Positions 1-11,810 of a stretch of 64,000 nucleotides of DNA are shown here, piece by piece (the first letter of the stretch is position 1; the number at the start of each line of letters is the position of its first letter). The notes below the pieces were generated by a model. It was not told where the DNA came from. It saw only the letters and a list, made by a program, of their open reading frames with translations, and searched no databases. The position numbers were made by a program, and so were the translations under genes. Origin of the DNA: Octopus sinensis (taxonomy: Eukaryota). The stretch is taken from contig NC_043005.1 of the NCBI RefSeq assembly GCF_006345805.1, positions 51,088,001-51,152,000 on the forward strand. Reading direction: 5' to 3'.

Positions 1-372
1 TTTTGAGGGGGCGGAATGTTTCGCCTTTGTATAACCTACTACAGCTGTATGGGATGGAGTACACGCAGTTCTTAGGCATATTCTCTACTATTGGTGGTTT
101 TACTCGAAGGAGATATTTGCGAAGTGTTCTGTTACTCTTGAATACTGTCCTGATGTCATATGGGCTGCATATCATTTGTATCTTTTCGGAGAGGCCTTTC
201 ACATATGGTAGACAGGCTGTGGACAGTTTATTGGTTTCATCCTCTCTTTTCTTCATAATTGGATTGGATAATATGTTTTGGGGATAGTTGTTGCTTAATA
301 GATTGTTACTGAGCTTGATCATTTCTTCATGGTAGGTATTACGATCGCTACTTATATTCTTTGCTCGATGTT
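1..372 (-). mobile_element. Penelope-like retroelement ORF fragment (RT C-terminus/linker into GIY-YIG endonuclease), running off the window edge
   Basis: Minus strand translates HRAKNISSDRNTYHEEMIKLSNNLLSNNYP...LPYVKGLSEKIQMICSPYDIRTVFKSNRTLRKYLLRVK...NCVYSIPYSCSRLYKGET. This is the typical PLE 'LPYV.GLSE..' and 'VYSIPC.C...YIGET' signature. It is not in the ORF track. Confidence 0.85.
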
Positions 373-596
373 TTTTGAACGCCCCCGCACTAGATCTTAT
401 CACTTCCTCCCTGGGGGTGGTACCGACCACCTTGCTAACCACCGATTTAATGTATCTAACGTCCGATCAATCGCACAACTAACGTTTCATCGACTTAACC
501 AACGGAGGATTTATCACTTACTCATACATGCACACACACACATACACACACACATACACATATATATACGTGTGAGTGTGTGTGTGTATGTGCGTC

Positions 597-638
<42 letters not shown>

Positions 639-821
639 TGTATGTGTGTATGTGTCTGTGTGTGTATGGGTCAGTGAGTGATAAATCCTCCATTGATTAA
701 GACGATGAAACGGTAGTTGTTCGATTGATCGAACTTCAGATCCATTCAAACTGTGGTTAGCAGGATGGTCGGTACCGCCCCCATGGGAACACCAATAAGA
801 TCTAGTGCGGGTGTTTAAAAA
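371..821. repeat. Imperfect inverted repeat (~150-bp arms) around a (CA)n/(TG)n core
   Basis: Arm 371-523 is the reverse complement of ~672-821. ORFs 329..700(+) and 522..863(-) give the same pseudo-peptide (RTRSY..GGGTDH.ANH...FHRLNQ.RIYH). Confidence 0.9.
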
Positions 822-1059
822 TCGATCTGTAAAAACATTGCTTGAACTTGGTTGTCTCCTCAAAACAAGTACAAAGAAGAAAGATAAAATAAAATAAAAT
901 AAAAACCCGAAAAGTATATTGACAAAGCTGATTATGAAATTCCCAACAAAGATATATATTAAACAAAAGCAGCGTTAACAACGCTAACGACAAATGTATC
1001 AGCAACAACAGAATAAAAATTACATACATACGCGCGCGCGTGTGTGTGTGCGTGAATTC

Positions 1060-1328
1060 GCGTGGGTTAGTAGTTAGGGTATTAGGCGCTCGATCTAACG
1101 ATCATGAGTTCAGTTCCCGGTAACGCATTGTGTCCTTGAGCAAATCACTTTATTTCACGCTGCTCCAGTCCACTCAGCTGGCAAAAAGGAATAGTGCCTT
1201 GTATTTCAAAGGGCCAGCTCTGTCAAACTCTGTGTTACGCTGAATTTCCCTGAGGACTTACGTTAAGGGTACACATGTCTGATTGGATCAACTAGAAGCC
1301 TCGTCATTGTAGCCGATGGAGTGCCACA
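1060..1328 (+). mobile_element. tRNA-derived SINE, family A. Related copies at ~14800-15107(-), 23232-23460(+), 24277-24570(+), 29160-29310(+), 33665-34000(-), 34368-34690(-), 48098-48425(-)
   Basis: A/B-box-like head (best at 24277: cagtggttagggcag...ggtttcgattccc). Body blocks are shared among subsets of copies, e.g. 'ctttatttcacgttgctccagttcactcagctg' and 'taagggtacacgtgtctg'. Confidence 0.75.
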
Positions 1329-1457
1329 TATGTGTGTATATATATATATATATCCTGGACAAACACTCCCTCTGGCAGGTGCCGCAAATGTAGCGAAGAC
1401 TGTTCCTGGCTGGTTGTAATGTCATAGTTTCTTGTTGACGTCTTTTTTGTCTTTCCA

Positions 1458-1518
<61 letters not shown>

Positions 1519-1662
1519 ACTCCTTTGTGTTCCCTCTTTTGTTTGTCCAGGATAGGACTACACAGCCACAGCAGGAGATGTATTAGGACATGAAATGAAA
1601 AAACCGGGCTAGACTATTTTATGTGCAACTCCATTGTCTCCCGAGACAAAAAGGATGCCAAC

Positions 1663-1698
<36 letters not shown>

Positions 1699-1699
<1 letters not shown>

Positions 1700-3905
1700 T
1701 AGCAGAAGTACCAGGCATTGCTCGGGGTTCAAATACTACAACGTTGTTGATACTTAGTAAATTTCCTATGTCATAAAGAACGTTAACGCCAAATTGTGAC
1801 AAAACTGGTCGCCGGGTACCGCTAAATCCAAGGAGTAACTGTTTGATATGATGTCCTGAGAAATGCTTTAATGCGTTCGAAGATGGTTTGACAATCACGA
1901 GTAAAGTAGCACTGAAAAAGGCTTTTTTGTCATTCTCACATCGGTAACAATTTGACAAGAATCCCTGAAAAGGTCTATGTGTTCTCAGGTGGTGTATCAA
2001 TCGTATGTAAAGTGGCCCTCAAAATGGCCTCTTTTTCGTTTACACCGAAAGCAACGGGATTGTTTAAATGTAAACTCTGTGAAAACAGATGACAAACCTA
2101 CGTTGGACAAAGGAAAAGAAACATGGTTGAGGTAAGTTAGTAACTTTGAAAGCATGACTACAATAGCATTCACCACATATCAGGTCTGCAAGGTTGCACT
2201 GGTGCAGGAGAGGCATAGAGGTTCTCGAATTTGAAAGCAGTTGGCGCGTGAAGTGCCTACAACACCTCTCTGTAGACCACATTTTTCGTTTTGCCATTAG
2301 GGGCAAGTACGAATAGATTTTGTTTGCTTCCAACTCTGGGACATCCGACGTATAACTGGCCATGAGAGAAACATGGCTCGCCCTCCTTCTTTTGGCAGCC
2401 GAAGCAGGCTCTGTTTTACGACCAAGGCACATTCTTTTCTTGGGTGACATGGCAGTAGTATTGGACTATTTTTAAATAGCGAGTTTACGAAAAAACCGGC
2501 TAAAAGGGACACAAAAACAAATTTGGCATGATGTATAAAAAGTGAACCTACTAAACGTATTATTCAAGAAAGGTGGAAGCAGGGACAGACAGTTAGCTAT
2601 GTGGACACAAAGACACTGAATACAGTATTTTCTAATGACGGGTAAGCTAAAAATTGGTAGGGGACAACGAATAATTTCAACAGGAAATATGGAGTTCAAG
2701 TAATAATATACGTCAAATAGGCCTAACCTGTAAGCTGAAGCACGTATCAGATATACACAAATGTGCATCAATAATTACGATTTAACACTGGCATGATCAG
2801 ATGAACAGTGTTCCACCAATGAAATTCAATCAAAGAATTAATTGGACAGATTCATTACAGTGGACAATCAACAGTGTTCATGCGCATAGGTCAAAGGTCA
2901 TGTTCGGAGTTCAACCCTTTTTGACAGACTATTGACATAAATTCATTAAGAATAATAGAGGTGAAAAGGGGGCATTATGATTGTCGGCTATAATGGGCGG
3001 AAGGGTAAACACTAAGGAATCATTCTCACCAAATAAAAAATTTAAAGTGGGGCGGGGGGCAACATGACCGTAGTTAATAATAGGGGTTGGTTTAAGTAAA
3101 CACTAATGTACACAGATCGAAAAAGGGGATGTACATTAATAGTGTTCACGCCCACATGTCAAAGGTCATGCTCGCAGTTCACCCCATGTTATCACACTAT
3201 GAGCGGAGGGTAATTAAAGAAAGTTTGTGCTGAAGTGGGGTTGTAGGGCATCATGACCGTAGACAATGATAGGGAGTATTTTAAGTAAATACTAATGTAT
3301 ACAGATCAAATCAGCGAGGTAAAACTGCCCCACAATCCTTGGTGCATGAGTAAACGGTAGAAGATGTAAGCAAATGGACGGTGCTGAGTTGTCAAACATT
3401 TAAAACAAATTTTCTCAAACAACTTGTCCGACCGTCCCATAGGCCTCCCCTTTGAGAAACACTGATTTAACCTAAATTTGAGACACCAGCAAAAGAAGAA
3501 ATAAAGATAGACTTTTTTTTTCTATTCCAAAGAAAAACGACTTTTTTCATACAAATATGCAACCGAAGAGTTTAAAGAACCAGTAATGAAAAAGCTGTTG
3601 ACAAGGAGAACACAAACATGGTTTAAACAGTCAGCTTGGCAGGAAAGAAATGTGCCTTAAAGCAGTACAAAAACACAAAAAAATGGAAGGTGCAGTTATG
3701 TACAGGTTGACGGAAGAAAAGCAGAACAAAAACGGCTTTGTCGATCGCATTCTCACATGGAATCGATTTTTGTAATTTTTTCAAGACTTATACACGCACT
3801 GATACCGTCGGTATCTACATAACAAATTTGAGCGCAATCGGATGGAGGATGCCCGAGATCCTAGAAGACACACACACAGACAGACAGAATGGATTTTATA
3901 TAATA
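1699..3905 (+). mobile_element. Non-autonomous Helitron/Helentron-like element with internal degenerate repeats
   Basis: 5' end 'ctagcagaagtaccaggcattgctcggg' and 3' end 'aaatttgagcgcaatcgg...acacacagacagacaga..ttttatata' match the Lep1/HINE-type end architecture. It is inserted in (TA)n and has internal repeats at 2865-3310. Confidence 0.55.
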
Positions 3906-3987
3906 TATATATATATATACACATATATATATATGTATGAGTGTGCGTGTGTGCGTATGTGTTTGTGTGTGTGTATAAGTATGTTTA

Positions 3988-4028
<41 letters not shown>

Positions 4029-4049
4029 ATACATATATATACTTATATA

Positions 4050-4621
4050 TATTTCTTTATTGCCCACAGGGCGCTAAACAGAAAGAGAACAAACAAGGAC
4101 AGCCAAAGAGATTAAGTCGATTACATCGACCCCAGTGCATAACTGGTACTTACTTAATCGACCCCGAAAGGATGAAAGGCAAAGTTGACCTCGGCGGAAT
4201 TTGAACTCAGAACGTAACGGCAGACGAAATACCTATTTCTTTATTACCCACAAAGGGTCAAACACAGAGAGGACAAACAAAGACAGACAAACGGATCAAG
4301 TCGATTATATCGACCCCAGTGCGTAACTGGTACTTATTCAATCGACCCCAAAAGGATGAAAGGCAAAGTTGACCTGGGCGGAATTTGAACTCATAACGTA
4401 GCGGCAGACGAAATACCTATTTCTTTATTGCCCACAAGCAAGGACAAAGGGATTAAGTCGATTATATCGACCCCAGTGCGTAACTGGTACTTATTTAATC
4501 GACCTCGAATGGATGAAAGGCAAAGTCGACCTCGGCGGAATTTGAACTCAGAACCTAGCGACAGACGGAATACCGCTGAGCATTTCGCCCGGCGTGCTAA
4601 CGATTCTGCCAGCTCGTCGCC
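4050..4621 (-). mobile_element. SINE family B concatemer: one tRNA-like head plus three tandem bodies (period 184 bp)
   Basis: Units start at 4050, 4234 and 4418, each with 'cgaccccagtgcgtaactggtact...ggatgaaaggcaaagtcgacctcggcggaatttgaactc'. The head is at 4575-4621. Other family-B copies: ~15430-15820(-), 15860-16070(+), 28486-28757(-), 28925-29120(+), 30670-31310(-), 53590-53810(+). Confidence 0.85.
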
Positions 4622-4651
4622 CTCTATATATATTTATATATATACACGCAC

Positions 4652-5110
4652 ACAGGGTCCGACGGGTAAATTATTGCCATTTTATATGTTTAATTTCATG
4701 CATGCACAGTGTTTGCTTTTGATGTTGTCGACTACACAGTATAGTAGGGTCAGTTGGGCACCGTCTATGAGGTAAACAGCACCATAACACAATTCACTCT
4801 GCCGGAAATATGGAAACGACATGCTGCACTGCTTGGTATTCGCGTTGGAATTTCCAGTACGAATATTTCAGAGTATTTGGATGTCAATCTGAGATCAGAA
4901 CTATCTGAGGACATGTACCGAGAGTAATAAAATCAAATATCCAGTCAAAATCATGGTGTTTGGAGTGATCACTAGTGATAGCGACGTTATGTCTCCATTC
5001 ACCTTCCCACACGGCCTCAGTCTCAACACGGAGGCCCACATCAAGTGTCTAGAAGAGGTAGTGTTGCTCTGGCTCAGCAGGATGGCTGCTGCAACACCCT
5101 ATGTCTGGCA
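4652..5110 (+). mobile_element. Internally deleted Tc1/mariner (maT-like) remnant
   Basis: Starts 'cagggtccgacgggtaaatt'. ORF 4953..5174 reads MVFGVITSDSDVMSPFTFPHGLSLNTEAHIKCLEEVVLLW...PYVWQ, the transposase segment preceding the second catalytic D. Confidence 0.7.
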
Positions 5111-5247
5111 AATAAGTAACAAGTTATCAAGAAGTGATGCAGTAGGACCGTTTCAAGCAACTCCATTTAATTGAACAATGCAAGCATTACATCAGTTTAT
5201 ATGCAGAGCTATCATTAGCTACACAAATAAATAGTATAGACACACAC

Positions 5248-5280
<33 letters not shown>

Positions 5281-6157
5281 CGTGTGTGTTATCGCTAGGC
5301 CTAACTCATCGTAAAGTCAATACCACCATGACTGATATCCAATCTACAGTGGAGAAGGCTAGCCACTGGATTTGGTTAAAAAGAGACGATGAGCGATGGC
5401 TAGAAGTATATTGAGTTTAACTTCATAACCAGCTGATCTAGCAAGCGGGGCCTCATATCAGTGAGGGGGGGGCGGTGCGCATTGATGCCGTCGAGAGGTA
5501 GGCCCCGAAACGGCACGCATTCTCTCCTGATGACCCCATACACTTGCTAGCTTCCGGTATACGGAGGTTTTAACTGGTAGCACTTGCATGTGCAAGTTGT
5601 TTGCAAGACATGATGTATGTATGTATGTATGTATGTATGTATGTATGTATGTATGTATGTATATATGTGTGCGTATGAACATATGTATGTATGCGCGTGT
5701 GTATGTATTCTGCATATTCATGTCTTTGTGTGCGCATGATTGTATGTGTGAGGGAGATGTATTTGTGTATGTACCCCAGTCTCCTTGTGTGTGCATATTT
5801 GAGTGTATCTATGAGCATGGTTTTTGTGACTATGTATGTGCGTCTGTTATGTATGGATGTATCTCCATGTGTTTTTGTGTGTATGCATATGGTCATGTGT
5901 TTTCGTCTCCTTTTGTATGTGTATGAGCACGCGCGTGTGTATGTGTGGTTGTGTGTGTGTGTGTGTGTGTGTGTGCTTGTCTGCCCATATTATCTATGTA
6001 CCTATCTATCTACTTACCTTTGTGTCTATCTTTTTACCTACCTATATATATGTATAAGTAATTTTTTAAAAACGGAGAAAAAAGACAAGATAAAACAATG
6101 TGAGGACGTAACTCATGCAAAGTATTAATAAGACGCTCAGAGAAGGAAAAGAGTGGT

Positions 6158-6194
6158 TGTTTTACGTTTCCAGCATAGCTCTTCTTCAGAAACA
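6158..6194 (-). ncRNA. Minimal type-I hammerhead-like motif (Penelope pLTR type), stem II mismatched
   Basis: Minus strand reads tgttt-CTGAAGA-agagc tat gctg-GAAA-cg-TA-aaaca. Stem I tgttt/aaaca pairs perfectly. Confidence 0.55.
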
Positions 6195-7048
6195 GGAGAC
6201 CTAGGAAATTCCAAAAGAAATGGAAGAAGGAGGGAAAAAATCGCCAACAGTCCATGTGTAGTTACATTTTTGAAATAACCGAAAGTAGATGGACAAAGAG
6301 AAAGTGCTTTCTGGGACAGGAGAGTGTGAAGAATCGTTGGTATGTGTGTGCGCGCGTGTGTGTGTGTGCGATTATCAATGGTTGGTAGTGCTTATCAATG
6401 GTTGGTAGTGGTTTTGTATATGTGTGTATCACGGTGTGTAGAGAGACAAAAACAATGCTTGAACCTAGGTGGACAGGGCTATGCGGCTAGTTAGATTGAT
6501 GAAGAGATTAAGTGTAGATTAATGAAGAGACGAAAATAGAAAATCAATTAAATTTACATAATTGATCGAATGTTTTTCTTTTATCTTTGGGATGCGGTCA
6601 TGATGGGAAACCATCTTGAAGTGTTTCGTCGAACAAATTGACCCCAAAACTTATTCATATTTTAATGTCTGACACTTAATCTTTTTTTGCCGAACCGCTA
6701 AGTTATGGGGACTTTGGTGGGGGACAAACAAATAGCAGCACAGGCACACACACACAGACATACACAAACACACACACACACACACCTTAGTGAGTTGGTT
6801 AATGTCTTTTTTTTGTTGATTATCTGTTGAGCTCTTCTTGGAATTGTACCTGTTGCCGTCATTTTGACGAAAATTTTCGCCCTACGGGGCAGAAAATTGT
6901 TTTTATATACAACTTGTTGAACTATTTGGGCCCGTTGTAGGGTGAAAAATTAATTTTGACAAAGACATTTGCGCTTCTTTTTGAAATTCGGAGGCTATTT
7001 GTAAAAATGAAATTAAATCTATTGTCGAATGTCGACTTTCTGTTCTCA

Positions 7049-8133
7049 ATGGAGGATTTCCCGGCAATGAAAGAATGTAACCAAATTGGTAACCAGGAAG
7101 GAAAGGAAAAGCCAGGTTTCTCTGGTGCTGTCGGTGGAAATTTCTGTGAATTAGAGGTGTCTAAGGAACAATTATTTAAGTTTCGAAACCTTATAAAGAA
7201 AAGTGGCAACGAAACAAAACTTCTGCCACCACAGCATATGATACACAACTTAACTGCCAGAACGGTAGTATACAAAATATACAATCGTAAAGAAATAAGA
7301 ATTATGTCAGTGAAGAACGAGGTGGTAGAGAAGTGCCTCGCACCCATATGGGGAAAAATTACCTATGTCGGTCGAGGACCAAGAAGCGTCACTGTTGAGG
7401 CGCAATTCGAGAATGCTGAAATAGCAAAAGAAATATCGACGCAAACTTTAAAAAGTGATGAAATAATGTTGCTCTTCCGACCTACCTAGGCCGGAGAACT
7501 GCAAAAATAACAGTAGAGGTTACGATGTAACATGGATGGCAGCGGCCGTAATTTACGACGCAGAAGAAGAAATAACAATACTACAAATGAAAAAGCGAGA
7601 GGCTCTAAACTGGAAAGGCCAAACTCTCGAGATGTTAGTTCAAGGCCCAAATGACATACTTGAATCGAGGGCAGACCACATTTTTATAGGGGAGAGACTG
7701 GGCGCTAGAGTTTCAGTCGATGGACGTAGACCCAGATGTGTTAAATGTGAGGGGAAAGGGCATGTCCGTTCGGAGTGCCAAAAAAATTTTAAAACAACTA
7801 AATGATGCTGAAATCCCTCCCACAAAAGAAAATAATAAAAAAGCGACGGAAAGCGATACAGAAAACGCCACAGAAAGCGTCACGGGAAAAGCAGAAGTAA
7901 GGAACAATACAAATATACAAAACACACAACACAAGGATACCGTACAGGAAATGGAATTTACCACAGTGACTTCACATAAAAGGGAAAAAAGCCCAAGCCC
8001 CAGACTCACCTCCCCTGACAAAGAAATCATCTACATAAAACGCAAACGCAGAACAATCTTCCCAATCCACCCCCAAGTCGAAACTCGTCCACAACCCCCT
8101 CCCTTAAAAAGCACTAGGAGAAAGAATTGTTAA
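7049..8133 (+). pseudogene. Tx1 ORF1 (gag-like, zinc knuckle), disrupted
   Basis: Pieces 6956..7489, 7536..7805 (RPRCVKCEGKGHVRSEC = CX2CX4HX4C) and 7720..8133. Confidence 0.8.
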
Positions 8134-8440
8134 GTTCAACGAGAAAAAATGACGTTCTAGCGAAAATAATAACTTCGCATTACAAAGCATATGTGTTTCG
8201 ACCAATACAAGGCATGCCACCGAATATATAGTCGGCAAGGATAGAAGCGGAACAATTTGAACAATTTGAAGTAAAATACCCGCAGGATATACTAGATGTT
8301 AGCCAAGAGATGACCAACAAAAGACTTGTGTTTAGCCGTGCGGCTACACCAGCGACTACTCCCCAGAAAGAAAAGGAGGGGTTGTCGAATTCGTGCAGCC
8401 CCTCTTCAAACTTAAAATGTAAGTTCAATTATTTTTTACC

Positions 8441-11400
8441 ATGGAAATTAAGTTAGGGTGTATAAATGTTCGTGGCCTGAGGTTGAGATGGAAGCAAACT
8501 TGTCCCCTGGACGACCTCAGGTCACTAGAAATTGATATATGTGTTGCGACTGAGTCCAAGTTGAACAGGCCACAGGCGTTCTAGCATCTTCTAAATGGCT
8601 ATGAGAAATTTATTTCTCCAATTCGACGGTGAGGCGGGGGCGTGGTGGTATTGTTAAGAAAAAGCTTCACGTACAGGTAAGTACAGTCTTTCAAGACCCA
8701 GAAGGTAGGCTGGTCGTCCTAGTTGTGACACACGCAAATAAGCAGTCCTTCAGGTTGGTAGCGGTCTACGCTCCTGAAGAGTGTAGACAAGCTGGTCTTT
8801 TCGAGACCTGGAGGGCTTTGTGGTGACGTCTAAAACTCTAGTTTTAGTAGGAGACTTTAACACTATTCTCGACGCACGGGTGGACAGTGTTGGCTCGACC
8901 GATAGAAGGGGAAATCCTGGTCTAAAAAGGCTACTAGCAAGCTATAACCCAGTAGACTGATATAGACTGGATGAGCCGCTCGTTCCACAGTGGATGTGGA
9001 CTAATAACGACGATTTACACAGATCTTATTCAAATAGGATATATTTAGAGATAGAGATAGGAATACGTTTAGTTGCCCACGCTTTTGTTGTGTCTTTTAC
9101 ACGTATCACAAATTTGTGACGTGCGAGGTGTACTTAGTCAAGTGTCATAGACAGGGACTAGGGTACTGGAAGATGAACAAGACTATTTTGACTTGTAAAA
9201 CCTTCCGTGCCCGGGTTAAGAATTTAGTGTAGAGGGCATTATGCGGCGCCATCATTAATAACAGATAGTGGTGCGCCATCAAGCGAGCCATTCATTCTGA
9301 GTCTCTTAGATTTAGTAAACAGCTAAGTTTAGAGAAGACTAGAATAGAAGGGAATCTGATTAAGGAATTAGAGGAGGCCATGGAACCTGGTTCTTCATCC
9401 AGTGTGATGGCGGCAAGAGCGGTTTTTTCCATCATCTCAAAGCCAAACACGAAGGGTGTAGAGTTAGGGCTAATTTACGTGCGGCGGGTAGAGAAGGTAT
9501 TAACGTTGCCGGATGGGCACGTCGTGTGGAGAGTCGGAGAGGCAGAGAAGCCTCTATAACGTCTTTGATTGACGAGCAGGAGCGCACGATCAAAGGACAG
9601 GAGGAGATGCAAAAGGCTTTTCACCAACATTTCACCCGGTTGTTCGGGGAGAGCGGGTTGCTGGACCGTGGGGAGTCCCTAAAGGACTTCCTCGCCGGCG
9701 GGCAGCGACTCTCGGCGCGGGAGGCGGAATGTTGCGAAAGGCCGATTACAGCTGCAGGGGTCGAGGAGGTGCTGGATGAATGCGCCGGGGACAAGTCGCC
9801 GGGTCTGGATGTTCTGCTCTATGAATTTAATCGTAGCATGCCGGACTTGTTCGGACACTTGCTGACCTGTGTCTACACAAACTGGCAGCACAATGGGGGG
9901 ATTCCCAGCTTTGTGAGTCGGGGAGTGGTGACGCTAATCAGAAAAGACCCGAGCAAGGGGAATCATATTAGGCCCATAACTCTACTCAATGTAGAGTTAA
10001 AGGTTTTGGCCAAGGTGTTAGCAGAAATGTTGACGCGTGTCACGGAGAAACTTTTAGGGAAGGCGCAGACATGCGCCATCCCAAGCAGGTGAATCCAGGA
10101 CAATCTTCATCTCTTACGCTACACCTTAGAGCGGGTAAAGTATTCGGTAAAGGTGGGGCATTGGTCCATTTAGACCAAAGTAAAGCTTTCGATAGGGTAG
10201 ACCACCAGTACTTGGCGGCAGTCCTTGAGGCGGCTGGGCTAGACTCGGACTTTCGCGGTTGGATCAAGGCCATCTATGGCGGCATCAAATCCGCAGTCCA
10301 AATAAACGGTTACCTGTCGGGGCTGTTTGAGATCAAGCGCTCGGTTCGTCAAAGGTGCCCCGTATCTCCGTTTCTGTATGTACTGATTCTTGAGCCATTG
10401 CTGCGGAGGTTGGAGTGTTTAGGGGGCATCCCCAATGAAATCAGATGTGGTAAGTCTGTTTCTGCATATACGGATGACGTCACCATCACTGTGTCCAATG
10501 TAGCTCAGCTACCTTTTGTAGAGGATGCAAACAAAGGATACGAGGCGGTGGCAGGGGTAAAAGTTAACAAAGACAAGTCCATTGGTTTGCGGCTCGGCAC
10601 CTGGAGCGGCAAGCCGATAACGTCCAATGTCGTGGCGCACTGGACGTATGGTCCTGTTAAGTTGCTTGGAGTTTGGTTTGGACCAGATTCCTTGACAGAG
10701 AAGAATTGGAGTGAGGTGGCAGGCAGGGTGGAGGCCCTAGTGCGGACCTGGTCTGGAAGGGCGCTGCCCCTGAAAGGGAAGGCGGAGGTGGTGCAGGTGT
10801 TTATTGCTTCTGTCATCACCTACCGTCTGACTGTTGTCTCTTGCCCTGATTCGTGGCTATGCAAGTTGGTGCGACTTCTCTTCCACTTTTTTTTTTGGGG
10901 GGGGGGGGGTAAAACCGCTTGTGAGGCGCTCCGTATGCTGCCAAAAACCGCTAAAGAGTGGGTTAGGGATGCCGTGGCTATTGATGTGCAGGCATGCACT
11001 TAGGCTAAGGCAGCTCTGGCTCTACCTGGATGGTGGCCAGGTGTGGAATTCGCTTGCAGGGGAATTCTTTCCATGACCGGCCTCCTTGGTGGAATTTACA
11101 ACCGATTTGATTAAAAGACAGAATATAACTGAATAGCAAAAGGAGTACCGACAGGCACTTGCACTAATCCACAGGGCGGGCAAGGTCAGCAGCGGGAATA
11201 CTACCTCGGTATTTTATAAAGGGATGGTTGAGTATAAGAGCGATGGCGACCTAGGAGAGGCTCTGGGGTTCGATGAGAACCAGCTATCCAACCTGTTTCA
11301 AAAAACCTTCAGGTTGGAGTATTTGGATAATTATAAAATTCCCCAGACCTGGCAGTGTTACAGGGATGCGTTACCTATCCGGGATAAATTGTCCAGGCAC

Positions 11401-11810
11401 GGACAACGTGCAGACAGGACAAGGCAACTGTCCTGCACGCTCTTGTACAGTTCCCGGAGCCTTCGAGTTTGATAATTTACGTAGAACACATGTTGTCACA
11501 CCTGAGAAGTGTACAGCTATCAGCTGAGTCTGTGATAAAGATTGTACCGCCAACATGACTATCAAAGGAACTTGAGGCACGTTTTCTGTGTAGGATTACA
11601 GTAATGAAAGAGTGTGCATGGAGAACCAGTATGCAAGGAATCGTGACAGGATCCTTCATCTCTGGCCATGGTTTGCTGTTCTACTTCAGGTACCATCTGA
11701 AGAGCAAGATAGGACTGGCGAGAAGACAACTGTGGCGACGTATATATGAGAAAAGATGGGAGGATGTCGTGTGAAAATTGGGAGTAAATGTCTCTACTTA
11801 ATTCCATCCA
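8441..11810 (+). pseudogene. Tx1 ORF2 (APE endonuclease + reverse transcriptase), disrupted
   Basis: MEIKLGCINVRGLR at 8441; LVAVYAP; VGDFN (~8846); KSPGLD; IRPITLLNVELKVLAKVL; LDQSKAFDRVDH; SVRQRCPVSP; AYTDD (10464-10478). Confidence 0.9.

Noticed and set aside
5458-6128. Many ORFs rich in YI/HT/CV/MYVC repeats (also near 3.7-4.2, 13.4-13.8, 21.6-22.4, 34.9-35.2, 54.4-54.8, 57.2-57.7 and 59.2-60.5 kb)
   Set aside because: They are translations of (TA)n, (CA)n and (CATA)n microsatellites, not genes.
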